From an uncultured virus (IMG/VR IMGVR_UViG_3300027847_001048) (lineage: Duplodnaviria > Heunggongvirae > Uroviricota > Caudoviricetes), in the IMG/VR virus record IMGVR_UViG_3300027847_001048: a stretch of DNA of 54,848 nucleotides. The stretch is one strand, 5' to 3'. Below are positions 18,788 to 28,500 of the stretch, piece by piece. Both the position numbers and the translations under genes were made by a program. How positions within the stretch are numbered: the first letter of the stretch is position 1; each line of letters opens with the position of its first letter. The notes under the pieces are model-generated. The model did not search any database. It was not told where the DNA came from and saw only the letters and a list, made by a program, of their open reading frames with translations.

Positions 18788-18939
18788 TGTGTAAAGGTTG
18801 TGGTCAAGGGGTTGGGCATCCGTAGAAGCAGTCTCGTTCAGGGATTGGCACGTCTGGCGGGTGTCCGGTTAGAATCCAGAACGTCACAAGGAACATTAGC
18901 ACGAAGGCTATTAGGAAAGATAAGAGGATCTTCATTGGG

Positions 18940-19122
18940 CTACCTCAATCCGTAACGCCTCGCCCGGGACTTTACGCCCTGAACTTCCTGCTCCATCCCT
19001 TGGAGTACCCTAAAGAGCCGTTCCTTCGATTCGGGTGACAGCTTCTCCAGCAACTCCACAACCAGGGGGCCGTTCTGACCTCGTTGCCGGAAGATGACAG
19101 CTTGTAGGTGGCGGTCGATCAT
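18940..19122 (-). CDS. hypothetical protein
   Basis: ATGA overlap with the upstream ORF. Confidence 0.6.
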   Translation of the reverse strand: MIDRHLQAVIFRQRGQNGPLVVELLEKLSPESKERLFRVLQGMEQEVQGVKSRARRYGLR

Positions 19123-19550
19123 CGGTTCAGGCTCCAGTTGCCATAAGAGCCGCTGCCACCGCCCGTCCCGTAGGAGCCGTGCGCTTCTCTGGGGTTGTCA
19201 CAAGCCGCATCCTCGGTGTCGTTCAGCACCGTGAGGCTCGGGAAGTATTCAGCGAGAAAGGCATCGATCTCGGCCATCGCCTCTTCCTTGGTCGCTTCCA
19301 TCCCGCTGGTGGAGTGGCCTTGACCACCGGGGCAGCTTTTGTAGCCCCAACCATCGGAGCCGTCCGTGTTGCCGAAGCCGCCCAACCAAGAGGACACGAT
19401 TGCGACCTCTTTTCCCAGACCGTTGACTCGGACGAATCTCGGGGGATGGCTGCTGTCAGGTGCCCACGGGAGGACCACCTTGTTCAAGACTTGCTGGGCT
19501 TCACGGATGGAATCAGGGTCTTGGGTGTCGAATGATGCAACGTGTTTCAT
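19119..19550 (-). CDS. hypothetical protein
   Basis: GGAG RBS; follows a class I motif. Confidence 0.7.
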   Translation of the reverse strand: MKHVASFDTQDPDSIREAQQVLNKVVLPWAPDSSHPPRFVRVNGLGKEVAIVSSWLGGFGNTDGSDGWGYKSCPGGQGHSTSGMEATKEEAMAEIDAFLAEYFPSLTVLNDTEDAACDNPREAHGSYGTGGGSGSYGNWSLNR

Positions 19551-19579
19551 GCGATGGTCTCCGTCGTTCTGTTCAATGC

Positions 19580-19606
19580 GTCTACCTTTGACAATCGGAA
19601 AGTAAC
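19580..19606 (-). promoter_or_regulatory. class I promoter-like motif
   Basis: GTTACTTT..GGTAGAC. Confidence 0.75.
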
Positions 19607-19860
19607 ACCGGGTTCAACTCGGCAAGCTGTTGACGAGCATCGATGGAGGCACGGCGCTGTCGCATCGTATCACCACCCAGCGCACGGGCACCACGGGCAC
19701 CACAGCACTTGCAGGCTCGGCAGTGAACCGAAGCGAGACGACCGATACGACCGGGCGTCACCAAGCTACCGTCCCAGCCCCACATACTACGTGCGACCCA
19801 GGTGGCTTGCGTCTTGGCTTTACGGTCTGCCCAACGGGTATGTGCGAGTCCTCGACCCAT
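19582..19860 (-). CDS. small basic Cys-cluster protein
   Basis: GGAGG RBS; HCRACKCCG. Confidence 0.65.
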   Translation of the reverse strand: MGRGLAHTRWADRKAKTQATWVARSMWGWDGSLVTPGRIGRLASVHCRACKCCGARGARALGGDTMRQRRASIDARQQLAELNPVLLSDCQR

Positions 19861-19879
19861 GTTGCCTTCCTCCTACACC

Positions 19880-19906
19880 GTCTACCCCCGACAATCGGAA
19901 AGTAAC
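19880..19906 (-). promoter_or_regulatory. class I promoter-like motif
   Basis: GTTACTTT..GGTAGAC; near-identical to the 5845 and 19580 copies. Confidence 0.75.
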
Positions 19907-19999
19907 TGAAAAAGTGTGCGGGCTTTTCACCCCGCTTGGAACCACTGTCAGTGTCGTGAGTCCGTTGCGCCACGCCTTGTTGGGCTGTCTGATTACACC

Positions 20000-20026
20000 G
20001 TCTACCCTGACGGATCGAAAGGTAAC
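20000..20026 (-). promoter_or_regulatory. class I promoter-like motif
   Basis: GTTACCTT..GGTAGAC. Confidence 0.75.
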
Positions 20027-20081
20027 AAACTTTCGTAAGTGCTCGGAATCATTGGTCTTTTTCGATTGCTTGAGATTCCTT

Positions 20082-20108
20082 GTTACCTTTCGTCTACCGG
20101 GGGTAGAC
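20082..20108 (+). promoter_or_regulatory. class I promoter-like motif
   Basis: GTTACCTT..GGTAGAC. Confidence 0.75.
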
Positions 20109-20163
20109 GTTGTGAGAGGCGGGGGTTTGGAGCGAATCGCCCACTCCGTTTCTCAACTCTCTC

Positions 20164-20190
20164 GTTACTTTCCAGGCGACGGGGATAGAC
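20164..20190 (+). promoter_or_regulatory. class I promoter-like motif
   Basis: GTTACTTT..GATAGAC. Confidence 0.7.
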
Positions 20191-20207
20191 GGAACAGGAA
20201 GGGAACC

Positions 20208-20510
20208 ATGACTGCATATGACCACTACAAAACCGCTTCGCTGTCACGCATCGTGGCGATTGCGGACCCGGCAAGGTCGGGTCGCTCGAAGTTTCGCAAG
20301 GTCGCAGACCTGACATGGGACGCTTCCACAACGACCTTCAAGGGACGTTGCGTGGGCCAGAGGGGAACGAGCGTGTGGGAACCCCGAATCGTACTCAACC
20401 CCACGAACCGCACTTACGGGTGTACCTGCCCCGACCACAAAAAGCAGGGTGGTTGCGGACCTTGCAAGCACATCATCAGCTTGGCGAAGGCGGCACTCGA
20501 AACTTTGTAG
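20208..20510 (+). CDS. SWIM zinc-finger protein
   Basis: YGCTCPD..PCKHII; true start is ATG 20208, after the promoter and RBS. Confidence 0.8.
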   Translation: MTAYDHYKTASLSRIVAIADPARSGRSKFRKVADLTWDASTTTFKGRCVGQRGTSVWEPRIVLNPTNRTYGCTCPDHKKQGGCGPCKHIISLAKAALETL

Positions 20511-20536
20511 TTACTTTCCAGCGCATGAAGGTATGC
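20510..20536 (+). promoter_or_regulatory. class I promoter-like motif
   Basis: GTTACTTT..GGTATGC. Confidence 0.7.
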
Positions 20537-20559
20537 GCTGTGAACGGAGGGAATCGAAC

Positions 20560-21006
20560 ATGACATTTCACGTTGGACAGACAATCAGTTTCGGACGCAG
20601 GAACGGCGAACAGAGCCGTGGCGAAGTCCTCAAGATCAACGCCAAGTCGGTCAAGGTCAAGCTGCTGGAAGGGCGTGGCGTCTACAAGGCTCATCCGGTT
20701 GGAGGCATTTGGCGGGTCCATCCGTCACTCTGCTCCACGGTCGCAGAGAACGACAACGCTGCTGTGGCCGCTCCCCCGACTGTGGGTGGCATCGTCCAGC
20801 GGGGCGAGACGAAGATCCTGGGAGACATCGCTGGTATCTACGCCGCCATGTCTCCCGAGAACCTGCACTGTGACGGAGAGATCTCCCACTCTGCTGCGAT
20901 GCGGAAGTACCGCAGATTGCAACGAGAGCTTCAATCGCTCTTTACCGAGATTGGCCGGGTAGTCACCGAAGGTGAGAGCTACTCCCTCGAAAAAGAGGTC
21001 TGGTAA
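20560..21006 (+). CDS. hypothetical protein with SH3/KOW-like N-terminus
   Basis: GGAGG RBS; FHVGQTISF..GEVLKINAKSVKV. Confidence 0.7.
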   Translation: MTFHVGQTISFGRRNGEQSRGEVLKINAKSVKVKLLEGRGVYKAHPVGGIWRVHPSLCSTVAENDNAAVAAPPTVGGIVQRGETKILGDIAGIYAAMSPENLHCDGEISHSAAMRKYRRLQRELQSLFTEIGRVVTEGESYSLEKEVW

Positions 21007-21023
21007 GCCGCAACAAAAGATCC

Positions 21024-21050
21024 GTTACCTTTGGAGATCCCAAGGTAGAC
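21024..21050 (+). promoter_or_regulatory. class I promoter-like motif
   Basis: GTTACCTT..GGTAGAC. Confidence 0.75.
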
Positions 21051-21099
21051 ATTCCGACCCCCTAACCCCGAGTGGCACCAAGCCACCAAGGAGAGTGCC

Positions 21100-21375
21100 G
21101 TGGAAAATACCCTCACCCAAACCCTTACCGTGGATGGCCCCGATGGTCCCATGACCGTCACCGTGCCCGTCACCGTGTGTGAGCCGAGCAACGGCACTGG
21201 TGCCGAGCTTACCTCTGGCGAGACGGCGTTCATCCGTGACGCCGAGCGTGGCAGCTTCATCGGGGAGACCCCCCGGTGTGCAGCGTCCTGGGAGGATCAA
21301 GCCGAGAAGGCTTTGGGCCTCGACCGTCAATCGGGTGAGCCCCGTGGCGACCTCTGGCTTGGAGGTGCCGAGTGA
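21100..21375 (+). CDS. hypothetical protein
   Basis: AAGGAG RBS, GTG start. Confidence 0.65.
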   Translation: MENTLTQTLTVDGPDGPMTVTVPVTVCEPSNGTGAELTSGETAFIRDAERGSFIGETPRCAASWEDQAEKALGLDRQSGEPRGDLWLGGAE

Positions 21376-21632
21376 GGCGGGTGTTACTCACCAGTTCCCG
21401 CAAGGAACCCTCGCCCTTTGAGCGAGCCTCCCTCTTCGGATGGATGCTCGCTGTGGGCATCGGCATCGACCGTCAACGGCGATGGCGCTGCGAGGGTCAA
21501 AGGCTTCCGCAGACGACTTCGATGAGGTACGACTCCGAGTTGGGTCGGTGGGTGCTAACAACCCACATCATGCCCAAGATTCCGATGGAGATAGTCACCG
21601 AGTATTATGGCAATCTCCAGGCAGATGCCTAA
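21372..21632 (+). CDS. hypothetical protein
   Basis: GTGA overlap; GGAGG RBS. Confidence 0.6.
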   Translation: MRRVLLTSSRKEPSPFERASLFGWMLAVGIGIDRQRRWRCEGQRLPQTTSMRYDSELGRWVLTTHIMPKIPMEIVTEYYGNLQADA

Positions 21633-21735
21633 AGGGGGGATGCCGGGGATTCCCGTCACCAGCTACTTTCACGCTATCCGTGCAGAGGCATGATGGCGGT
21701 GTGGGACGGTACAGTGGGGGGCGGGAGGTACTGGA

Positions 21736-21948
21736 ATGTGGCGCACCTTGTTCGGAGTCTTTATGAAGAATGATGGTCATCCATTGACCGAAGCCTTGCC
21801 CGACTACGTGATCTCGATGCAGGAGGTCCGAGAGGCTTGGAAGAAAGGGCAGCCGGAAACCGAGCCTCCCGAGCAAAACAATCAAAACTTCCAAGTGCCC
21901 AAAGAAACGGATCTGAAAGATTCCGGTGGAAGCACAAACGACGAATGA
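21736..21948 (+). CDS. hypothetical protein
   Basis: GGAGG RBS. Confidence 0.45.
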   Translation: MWRTLFGVFMKNDGHPLTEALPDYVISMQEVREAWKKGQPETEPPEQNNQNFQVPKETDLKDSGGSTNDE

Positions 21949-22085
21949 GCCTTGGGATCAAGGATTCCGGCCATATCCAAAAGTTAGAAAAGTTGCAAAA
22001 GGGGGGAGAGAATGTTTCCGCAAGGGGTATATGAACCACAGGGAGGTTTGGTCCTCTTTGAGCGTTGCTCCACTGGAGATAAAAC

Positions 22086-22805
22086 ATGAGTCAAACTTAC
22101 GATCCGATTGAAGTCCCCAAAGAGTGGGCTGGTGATCTCTTGCGTGGTGGTCACTGCCCCACGACGGCCAAGGATTGCTGGACGCTTTTGGAAGAGGCTC
22201 TCAAGAGCTTGCAGTTCGCCGTTGCCTTGTCCAACGAACACTTGGACACCAGCACCATGACCGATTTGGTGGTGGAGAAGATGGCCCAGATGAAGAGCGC
22301 AGACCCAGAGGGGATCATCTACGTCTCGGAAGACGGGGAGATACTCTTCGGGTCGGAAGATGCACAACCGAGCAAGCCCCGAGGGATCAAGACCCGCAGG
22401 AAGCGAGCCTACCGTTCCGCTCTGCCTTCCCTTGGTGTGATGCGCCAGGAAGCCGCAAAGTTGGGTCTCGACATCACCAAGATGGGTCGAAAGCGTCGGC
22501 AGATCTGGGCGGCGATCCAAGCTGCAAAGGACGGCACGGCTGTCTCTGAACCAGAAGACGCCCCGGCCACCGAGACCGCAGATGAGAAACCGAAGCGTGC
22601 GCCTCGTCGCAAGATGATCAAGACGGCACCAGCGATTGCGGTCAACCCGAATCCAGGGATCTTCCCGCCCGAACAAGAGGTTGGAGATCTATTCGATGAT
22701 GCAGGGGCAAGGAAGGCCATGCTGGAAGCATCCTCCCAACACGCCCTGTCGCAGAAGGCGGCAGAGTTGAACATTGAGGATATCTTGAGTGAGGATTCTG
22801 AATAA
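22086..22805 (+). CDS. hypothetical protein
   Basis: 239-aa ORF, GGAG RBS. Confidence 0.75.
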   Translation: MSQTYDPIEVPKEWAGDLLRGGHCPTTAKDCWTLLEEALKSLQFAVALSNEHLDTSTMTDLVVEKMAQMKSADPEGIIYVSEDGEILFGSEDAQPSKPRGIKTRRKRAYRSALPSLGVMRQEAAKLGLDITKMGRKRRQIWAAIQAAKDGTAVSEPEDAPATETADEKPKRAPRRKMIKTAPAIAVNPNPGIFPPEQEVGDLFDDAGARKAMLEASSQHALSQKAAELNIEDILSEDSE

Positions 22806-22941
22806 CGTCTGGGTACAGATCACCGTCGTCTTCCTTTCAGCCATATTGGCTGCGTGGCTCGCTACCTACTTTGATTTAGGTTCCAAGAACAGACCGATAC
22901 TGACCCCACCGGAGAGCTTGTACGCCCCCCGTAATCGGTAG
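22789..22941 (+). CDS. small membrane protein (50 aa), not in the ORF track
   Basis: MRILNNVWVQITVVFLSAILAAWLATYF..; fills the gap. Confidence 0.45.
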   Translation: MRILNNVWVQITVVFLSAILAAWLATYFDLGSKNRPILTPPESLYAPRNR

Positions 22942-22967
22942 CTGTGCTATCGAACCTTCTTTGTGAA
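22939..22967 (+). promoter_or_regulatory. class II promoter-like motif
   Basis: TA-gctgtgc-TAT-N12-GTGAA. Confidence 0.5.
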
Positions 22968-22982
22968 CAAGGAGGTAGGGCT

Positions 22983-23321
22983 ATGGCTTCAAACTGGTGG
23001 CTTTACCCTAATGGGCTCAATGCCCTTGGGGGCCTGGATACATGGGACGCTGAAGAGTTTGTTTGGGTCAAAGACTCCAACAATCCCGCCATCCTTGACC
23101 GTGAAACCATTATCACGCTCTTACGGATGATCCCTGCGGCACGGCTGGGCTTCAACCTGCTGTACCCCACGATGACAGAGGATGAAAAAGAGCGGCTTGA
23201 TGCGATATCCGAGACGGCCAAGTTCATGGTCCGTAGCCCCAAAGAAATCGAAGATGACTTTCAGAGCAAGTGGAACAAGGCCGGGATCTATACAACCGGG
23301 CCACGGGGAGGCGGAAACTAA
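22983..23321 (+). CDS. hypothetical protein
   Basis: AAGGAGG RBS before ATG 22983. Confidence 0.7.
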   Translation: MASNWWLYPNGLNALGGLDTWDAEEFVWVKDSNNPAILDRETIITLLRMIPAARLGFNLLYPTMTEDEKERLDAISETAKFMVRSPKEIEDDFQSKWNKAGIYTTGPRGGGN

Positions 23322-23608
23322 TGGCCGCCCGAAGAAAACCCAAATCCCTTCCACATTATGAACTCAAGAGTGCTCTCCAATCCAAGAAGTTCATCGCCTA
23401 TCTGGTCGCCGACATCGGCTGGAAGATCCTCCTGGCTATGCTTATCTACTTACAGAGAGACGGACTGGAATCCTTCGCCCTAATGCTGTCCATTGTGGTC
23501 GTTGCTGGTTTTGTGCAGGTAGGGTTCATTCTGGGGCAGGCCAGCTTGGATCGTTTTGTTCGGGTGGCAGAAATCGCTTCCAGATCGGTAAAGATAGAGG
23601 ATGAGTAG
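23321..23608 (+). CDS. holin-like membrane protein
   Basis: SKKF followed by two hydrophobic helices and a charged C-terminus; TAATG overlap. Confidence 0.55.
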   Translation: MAARRKPKSLPHYELKSALQSKKFIAYLVADIGWKILLAMLIYLQRDGLESFALMLSIVVVAGFVQVGFILGQASLDRFVRVAEIASRSVKIEDE

Positions 23609-23644
23609 CCAAATGATATCACTGGCTATACGGGAGGACAGATA

Positions 23645-24034
23645 ATGCGTTGGACATCCTTGATCCTATTGATGACGCTGTTGGGCTGCGGACACACAAA
23701 GATTGTCCGTGAGGCTCGACCGTATGCCCAAGAAATGATGTTCATGCAGGCGACCGGTCTCCGGCTTGCCGAGCACACCGTCAGCTTCATTCAAGTTTCT
23801 TGTGTATGCGATGCAGGCGATTGGGTGGGAGAGAACGCCGATTTGTGCAGCCAAGCTGCAAAAGACGCTTTGACCGCCAAGGACCGACTCCCGAAGCACA
23901 CTGCCTGGGCGTTCTACAACGCAGGCATTACTGAAGAAGAACCCTCCAGGGAGATCACCCCGGTTCCCTCTTCAATCGTTTTATGTCCCCCCGAAGTAGA
24001 CGCCAGTGAGATGGAAGAAGGAGAGGGCCAATGA
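23645..24034 (+). CDS. lipoprotein
   Basis: Lipobox LLG-C; GGAGG RBS. Confidence 0.7.
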   Translation: MRWTSLILLMTLLGCGHTKIVREARPYAQEMMFMQATGLRLAEHTVSFIQVSCVCDAGDWVGENADLCSQAAKDALTAKDRLPKHTAWAFYNAGITEEEPSREITPVPSSIVLCPPEVDASEMEEGEGQ

Positions 24035-24420
24035 AAGACCTTATGGACACATTGATCCCACTGGTTGGTGAAGTCACTGCAAAGCTGGTCTCTGACGAGA
24101 TGGGGAAGCTCGCCAAGGGCGCTGAAGATCCACTCAACAAGGCCATCCTGACAATGATGACCACTGCTATGAAGGAAGAGGGAGCCGAAGGTATCACGTC
24201 AGTTATTCGTGCTGTGACAGCCCTCGCTGATGATGGGGACCAAGCAGACATCACTGCGATCATAGAAACCAGTGGACTGGAAGCGGCGAGTGATATCCTT
24301 TTCTTACTCCAGCACGGAGAAGCGGACCGGAAATCAGCCGTCAACGATGCACTAACCAAGATCGGAAAGTCTCTTGGGGTAGTCACTTCGGCGCTTGTTT
24401 CAGGGCTACTTCTCAAATAG
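24031..24420 (+). CDS. hypothetical helical protein
   Basis: ATGA overlap. Confidence 0.7.
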   Translation: MKDLMDTLIPLVGEVTAKLVSDEMGKLAKGAEDPLNKAILTMMTTAMKEEGAEGITSVIRAVTALADDGDQADITAIIETSGLEAASDILFLLQHGEADRKSAVNDALTKIGKSLGVVTSALVSGLLLK

Positions 24421-24429
24421 AGGCACGCC

Positions 24430-24888
24430 TTGACTGTTGCGCTGAATATGGAAGTCCACAAGTACATCCCGTCTCGCCTGTACGGATTCGTAAAGGGCGA
24501 GGACGGGAGAGAAGTGTTCTTTCACCTTGGCGTGTTCAAGCCCGGGGCCTTCCCTACCGACCCACCCCCACCTCCTATATTGGGGGAACCCGTACTCGTT
24601 GAGGTGGGCACTCAAGACTCACCCGACAACAGGCCGGGAAAAGCCCCCAGAGCACTATCGGTTGTACGAGTCCAAGAACCTGTCCAGTTCGTTGGGATCG
24701 TTGAGACATTCGACACACACCGAGGCTACGGTTTCATTGTGGGTGAGGATGGTATTTCTTACCATCTCCACAATAGCGAGGTTCTCGATGGTCGGACCCC
24801 GTTAGCAGGGGACCGGGTACGGTTCTATGCAGGCACTCGTCAGGGCCGTCCCCGTGCGTGCCACGTCAATGTGAGGGGTGAGAAATGA
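24430..24888 (+). CDS. tandem cold-shock domain protein
   Basis: Two CSD repeats: YGFV..EVFFH and GYGFI..YHLHNS. Confidence 0.85.
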   Translation: MTVALNMEVHKYIPSRLYGFVKGEDGREVFFHLGVFKPGAFPTDPPPPPILGEPVLVEVGTQDSPDNRPGKAPRALSVVRVQEPVQFVGIVETFDTHRGYGFIVGEDGISYHLHNSEVLDGRTPLAGDRVRFYAGTRQGRPRACHVNVRGEK

Positions 24889-25541
24889 CAAAGAAGCCGA
24901 AGACCAGCGCCACGCAGAAGAAGACCGCTCAACGAGCGATCCAAGAACTCACCGAGAACTCGGAGACCAACCCATTCGGGGGCAAGAACAAGAAAGGCTT
25001 GTACGTTCCGATGTCCGAGGTAGAGCAGGAAGCCATCTCACGGTTGGTCGAGGCCGACGATCTGGAAGTCCATATCGTCCAATGGGGCGTGCTTCATAAG
25101 CCCATGATCCAGTTCGGAGACAAGCGGGTCTCGATTGGCATCGAGATGCACTTCACGGCTCCCGTTGTCCCAATGGCTGTCTATTACTTCGACTTGGAGC
25201 TACGGACTCGTTCGGGCTTGGTCTTGTTCGGGGAAAGGCACAGCACCATATATAGCAAAGAACCCATCAAGGTTGGGGCTGGGACAGTGCTTCACATGGT
25301 CTGGGACATCGCTATCTCTCGTATGGACCCGACTCTGGTCAAGATGCTTGTCCCCGGTGCCACCGGCCTGACCTCCAGGCTCACGGACAAGGACACAGGA
25401 GAAGCGAGCCTGACAGGCAACATGAAGCTCAACGACACCCAGAAGGGGCTTGTGAACAAGCTGTACCTGGGCGAGCAGAGGTTGAGGGAGTCGGACGCTG
25501 CCAGGGTGAAGAAAGCCTCGGATGACGCCACCCACAGTTGA
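24885..25541 (+). CDS. hypothetical protein
   Basis: 218-aa ORF, ATGA overlap. Confidence 0.75.
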   Translation: MTKKPKTSATQKKTAQRAIQELTENSETNPFGGKNKKGLYVPMSEVEQEAISRLVEADDLEVHIVQWGVLHKPMIQFGDKRVSIGIEMHFTAPVVPMAVYYFDLELRTRSGLVLFGERHSTIYSKEPIKVGAGTVLHMVWDIAISRMDPTLVKMLVPGATGLTSRLTDKDTGEASLTGNMKLNDTQKGLVNKLYLGEQRLRESDAARVKKASDDATHS

Positions 25542-25570
25542 TAGCCCTTCTATACCTCTGCTCTGGTAGA
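25542..25570 (+). promoter_or_regulatory. class II promoter-like motif
   Basis: TA-gcccttc-TAT-acctctgctctg-GTAGA. Confidence 0.6.
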
Positions 25571-25598
25571 CACCTTCCGCAGCATGGGAGAGGATTAG

Positions 25599-28500
25599 AT
25601 GGCTGGTAAACGACAAACGACAATCAACCGCTTCACGGACCTGTGTGCCTTTTGGGTCGGCTACACCGATTTCTTCGATTGGGTGCTGGAACTGGATGAC
25701 GAGGGCCAACTCAAGATCAAAGCCTTCTCTCCGGCAGAACAAAAGGCGATCCACAAGCATGTTGGGACCGCACAGAAGATCCTAAAGCTCGTTGGAAACC
25801 AGCTTGACGAGGGCATGGAGCTTTACGTCGGACCCCTGTTGGAACAACGGGGCATCACCATCAACAAGGGCCGGTACACTCGGGCTATGAAGCCCGGTCC
25901 TCCGAAGGACACGGCTCTAACCAAGGCATCCTTCCTTGAGTACCTCTTCGGGAAGCTGGGGGCCAAACAACAGATCCTCAACGAAATGTTCGGCGGCAAG
26001 GCGCTAAAGCCCGCCCGTGCGATTGCGAATCTGGTCAAAGACGAGTCCCCGACATCGAGGATCAACAAGCTCGCTGCATTGGCTCCGGTCTCTGGTTGGA
26101 CTCTTGGTAAGAAGTGGCTCGCCAAGGCAGCCGAGATCTGTGGCGTTCCTATCTCCGATGTCGAGAGCGCCGTCATCGATGCCCAGTCAGCGCAGGATCT
26201 TGGGTCAGCCCTCAAGGAGCTTCAAGGTCGTTTGGACACACTTGATCCAACGGACGCTGAAGCTGTAGCTCTGGAGCAGACCAAACAAGAACTCATCTCT
26301 CGTATCGACAAGCTCGACGGCGACTCCCAACTCCCAGATGGGACGGTCAAGGGCCAAGCCGCTGCCGCTGCCGTAGCTGGTCCACGCAACTACCGGACCA
26401 AGATTGGTGCGGAACGAACGCTCTCCCCAGACCAAGAAGATGCGATGTTGGTCCGTGGGCGGTCCGTCATCGCCGCAGGAGCAGGCTCCGGTAAGACTCG
26501 GGTGCTCGCTGCCAAGGTGGTCTACCACATGCGAGAGCTTGGGCTACGTCCCGGTCAGATCGTTGCTACGTCCTTCTCCAAGAAGTCTGCTGAAGAACTC
26601 AAATCACGGATTCGGAAGTTCGGTGGAGACATCGACAAGGGTGACGATGGGATGGGTACGACCCACTCCATCTCCCTCGGACTCTTGCGAGAGTACGCTC
26701 CCGCAATCGGGAAGAAGAAGATTCTGGACAGCGCCACTCCCATCATCAAGATGGCCCGTGAACAGGTGCAGATGCGGGGACAGGCCCGATCTGGTGCGCC
26801 GGAACCCGAAGGCATGTTCGACGGTCTCTACGGGTCGGCGGGCATCTATGAGCAAGCTGACGAAGCTCCCATTGAAGGGGACGACAAGCAAGTTCAGTTC
26901 ATCAACACCTTGAAAGCCATCCTCGATATGGTCGATTGGGCAGAGCGCCAGTATGGGGCATCCAACTGGATGCGAAGCCGTCGCAAGCTGCTTGAACCGA
27001 TGATCAGCGGCAACATCAGCCTCGATGAACTCGACGCCGGTACGAAGCGGAAGATCCAAGAGTGGATGGACAAAGGAGCAACGGCCAAGAAGCTCCAACG
27101 TGACCCAGAGAAATACCTGACCAAGTTGGGAGCACAGAAGACCGCCGCTTACGGCCCGAAGACCCAGATCAACTACTACAAAGACCCTGCGAACCAGTGG
27201 TGGAACATGGGCATGGAAGTCGTTGACTCCAATGGCCGTGCCATTGGAGCAAAGCGATTCGGTACGGCAATCAGCAAGTATCGGGCAGACTTGATCACCC
27301 CAAGCCAAGCCTGGGCGCAAGACAAGAACGTATTTGCAGCCGTCTACTGTGCCTACGAGTGGATTCGGAAGAACGATGCCGCTTATGCCAACACCATCGA
27401 CTTCGATGACATGCTGGCCGAGTGCTGCAAGATGCTTGTCGCCAACCCAAAGACCCTCAAAACACTTCAGCAGAAGTTCAAGTGCATCTTGGTTGACGAA
27501 GCACAGGACTTGAACAAGGCACAGCACCTTCTGTTCGGGATGCTGGCTGGATACATTGATCCAAAAACCCAGGAACCCTACGGCGATGGCCGTATGACGG
27601 CTGACACCTACTGTTTCATCGGGGACGACAAGCAGGCCATCTACGAGTTCCGTGGGGCAGACCCCGAGCGGTTCATCGAGAAGTCCGATCTGGTCGAAGG
27701 CGGGGAAGGGTTCGAGACCAAGATCTTGAAGACCAACTACCGGTCTGGGGAAGCTATCGTTGACGCTGCTAATCGCCTCATCGCTCACAACACCAAGCAG
27801 ATCCCAATGGTCTGTGAGGCCAACCCACCACGGGGCCAGGGTGTCATCAGCAACGTGATCGTTGGGGACCACATGGAAGGTGCAAACCTCACCGCCAACG
27901 AGATCGAAGACACCATGAAAGTGGGGGGCCACACCTATGACGACTTCGGAGTAGCCGTGCGTACCAACGCAGAGGCGCTGGCCTTCGGTGTCGAGTTGAT
28001 CAAGCGTGGTATTCCGTTCCGTTCCAAGATGAACTTCTTTACGGACCACACCACCAAAGCCCTTGTCGCTTGGTTGCAGCTTGCCGAAGCCGAGATGTCC
28101 GATACCAAGGTCATCAATGCAGCGGTCTTGGCGTGTCACCGGACCCCGAAGTTTGGGCTGGACAGGACATTCAACAGTGGACTGGAAAGACTGGCGAAGG
28201 GGCAGAACTACCTCCAATACCTCATCAGCAGCAAAGGGGACTTGCGATACGAGGAAGGCCCCTACACGGGTCGTGCTGCGTGGAAGAACAAGAAGAACGT
28301 CCTACCCTACGTTGAGGTGCTGGAGTCCGTCTTCGCCCTCTCTGGGACGCCCCAAGAGGTTCTTCAAGACATCCTTCAGATCAAGGGCATCTCCTTCCAA
28401 CGTGGGAAGGCTGGCAAGTCCATCATCGAGGCCCTAATCGACAACGTAAAGGGGTCTCCAGATGCGATGGACCTCTTGTCCGAGGAAACCGAGTCAGGTG

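Noticed and set aside
19542..20207. 5' part of the 322-aa ORF 19542..20510
   Set aside because: It runs through five promoter motifs and an opposite-strand gene. The real SWIM gene starts at 20208. The recurring RKVT peptides are just the translated DNA motif.
21662..21690. Possible extra class I motif (GCTACTTT..GCAGAGG)
   Set aside because: Both boxes deviate from consensus, so it was not counted.
26750..27350. Intein in the UvrD insertion
   Set aside because: No C/S...HN|C/S/T splice junctions and no LAGLIDADG motif were seen.
26604..28217. Long antisense ORFs (also 742..2127, 44738..46177, 51639..52868)
   Set aside because: These are shadow frames of well-supported genes, expected in GC-rich coding DNA.
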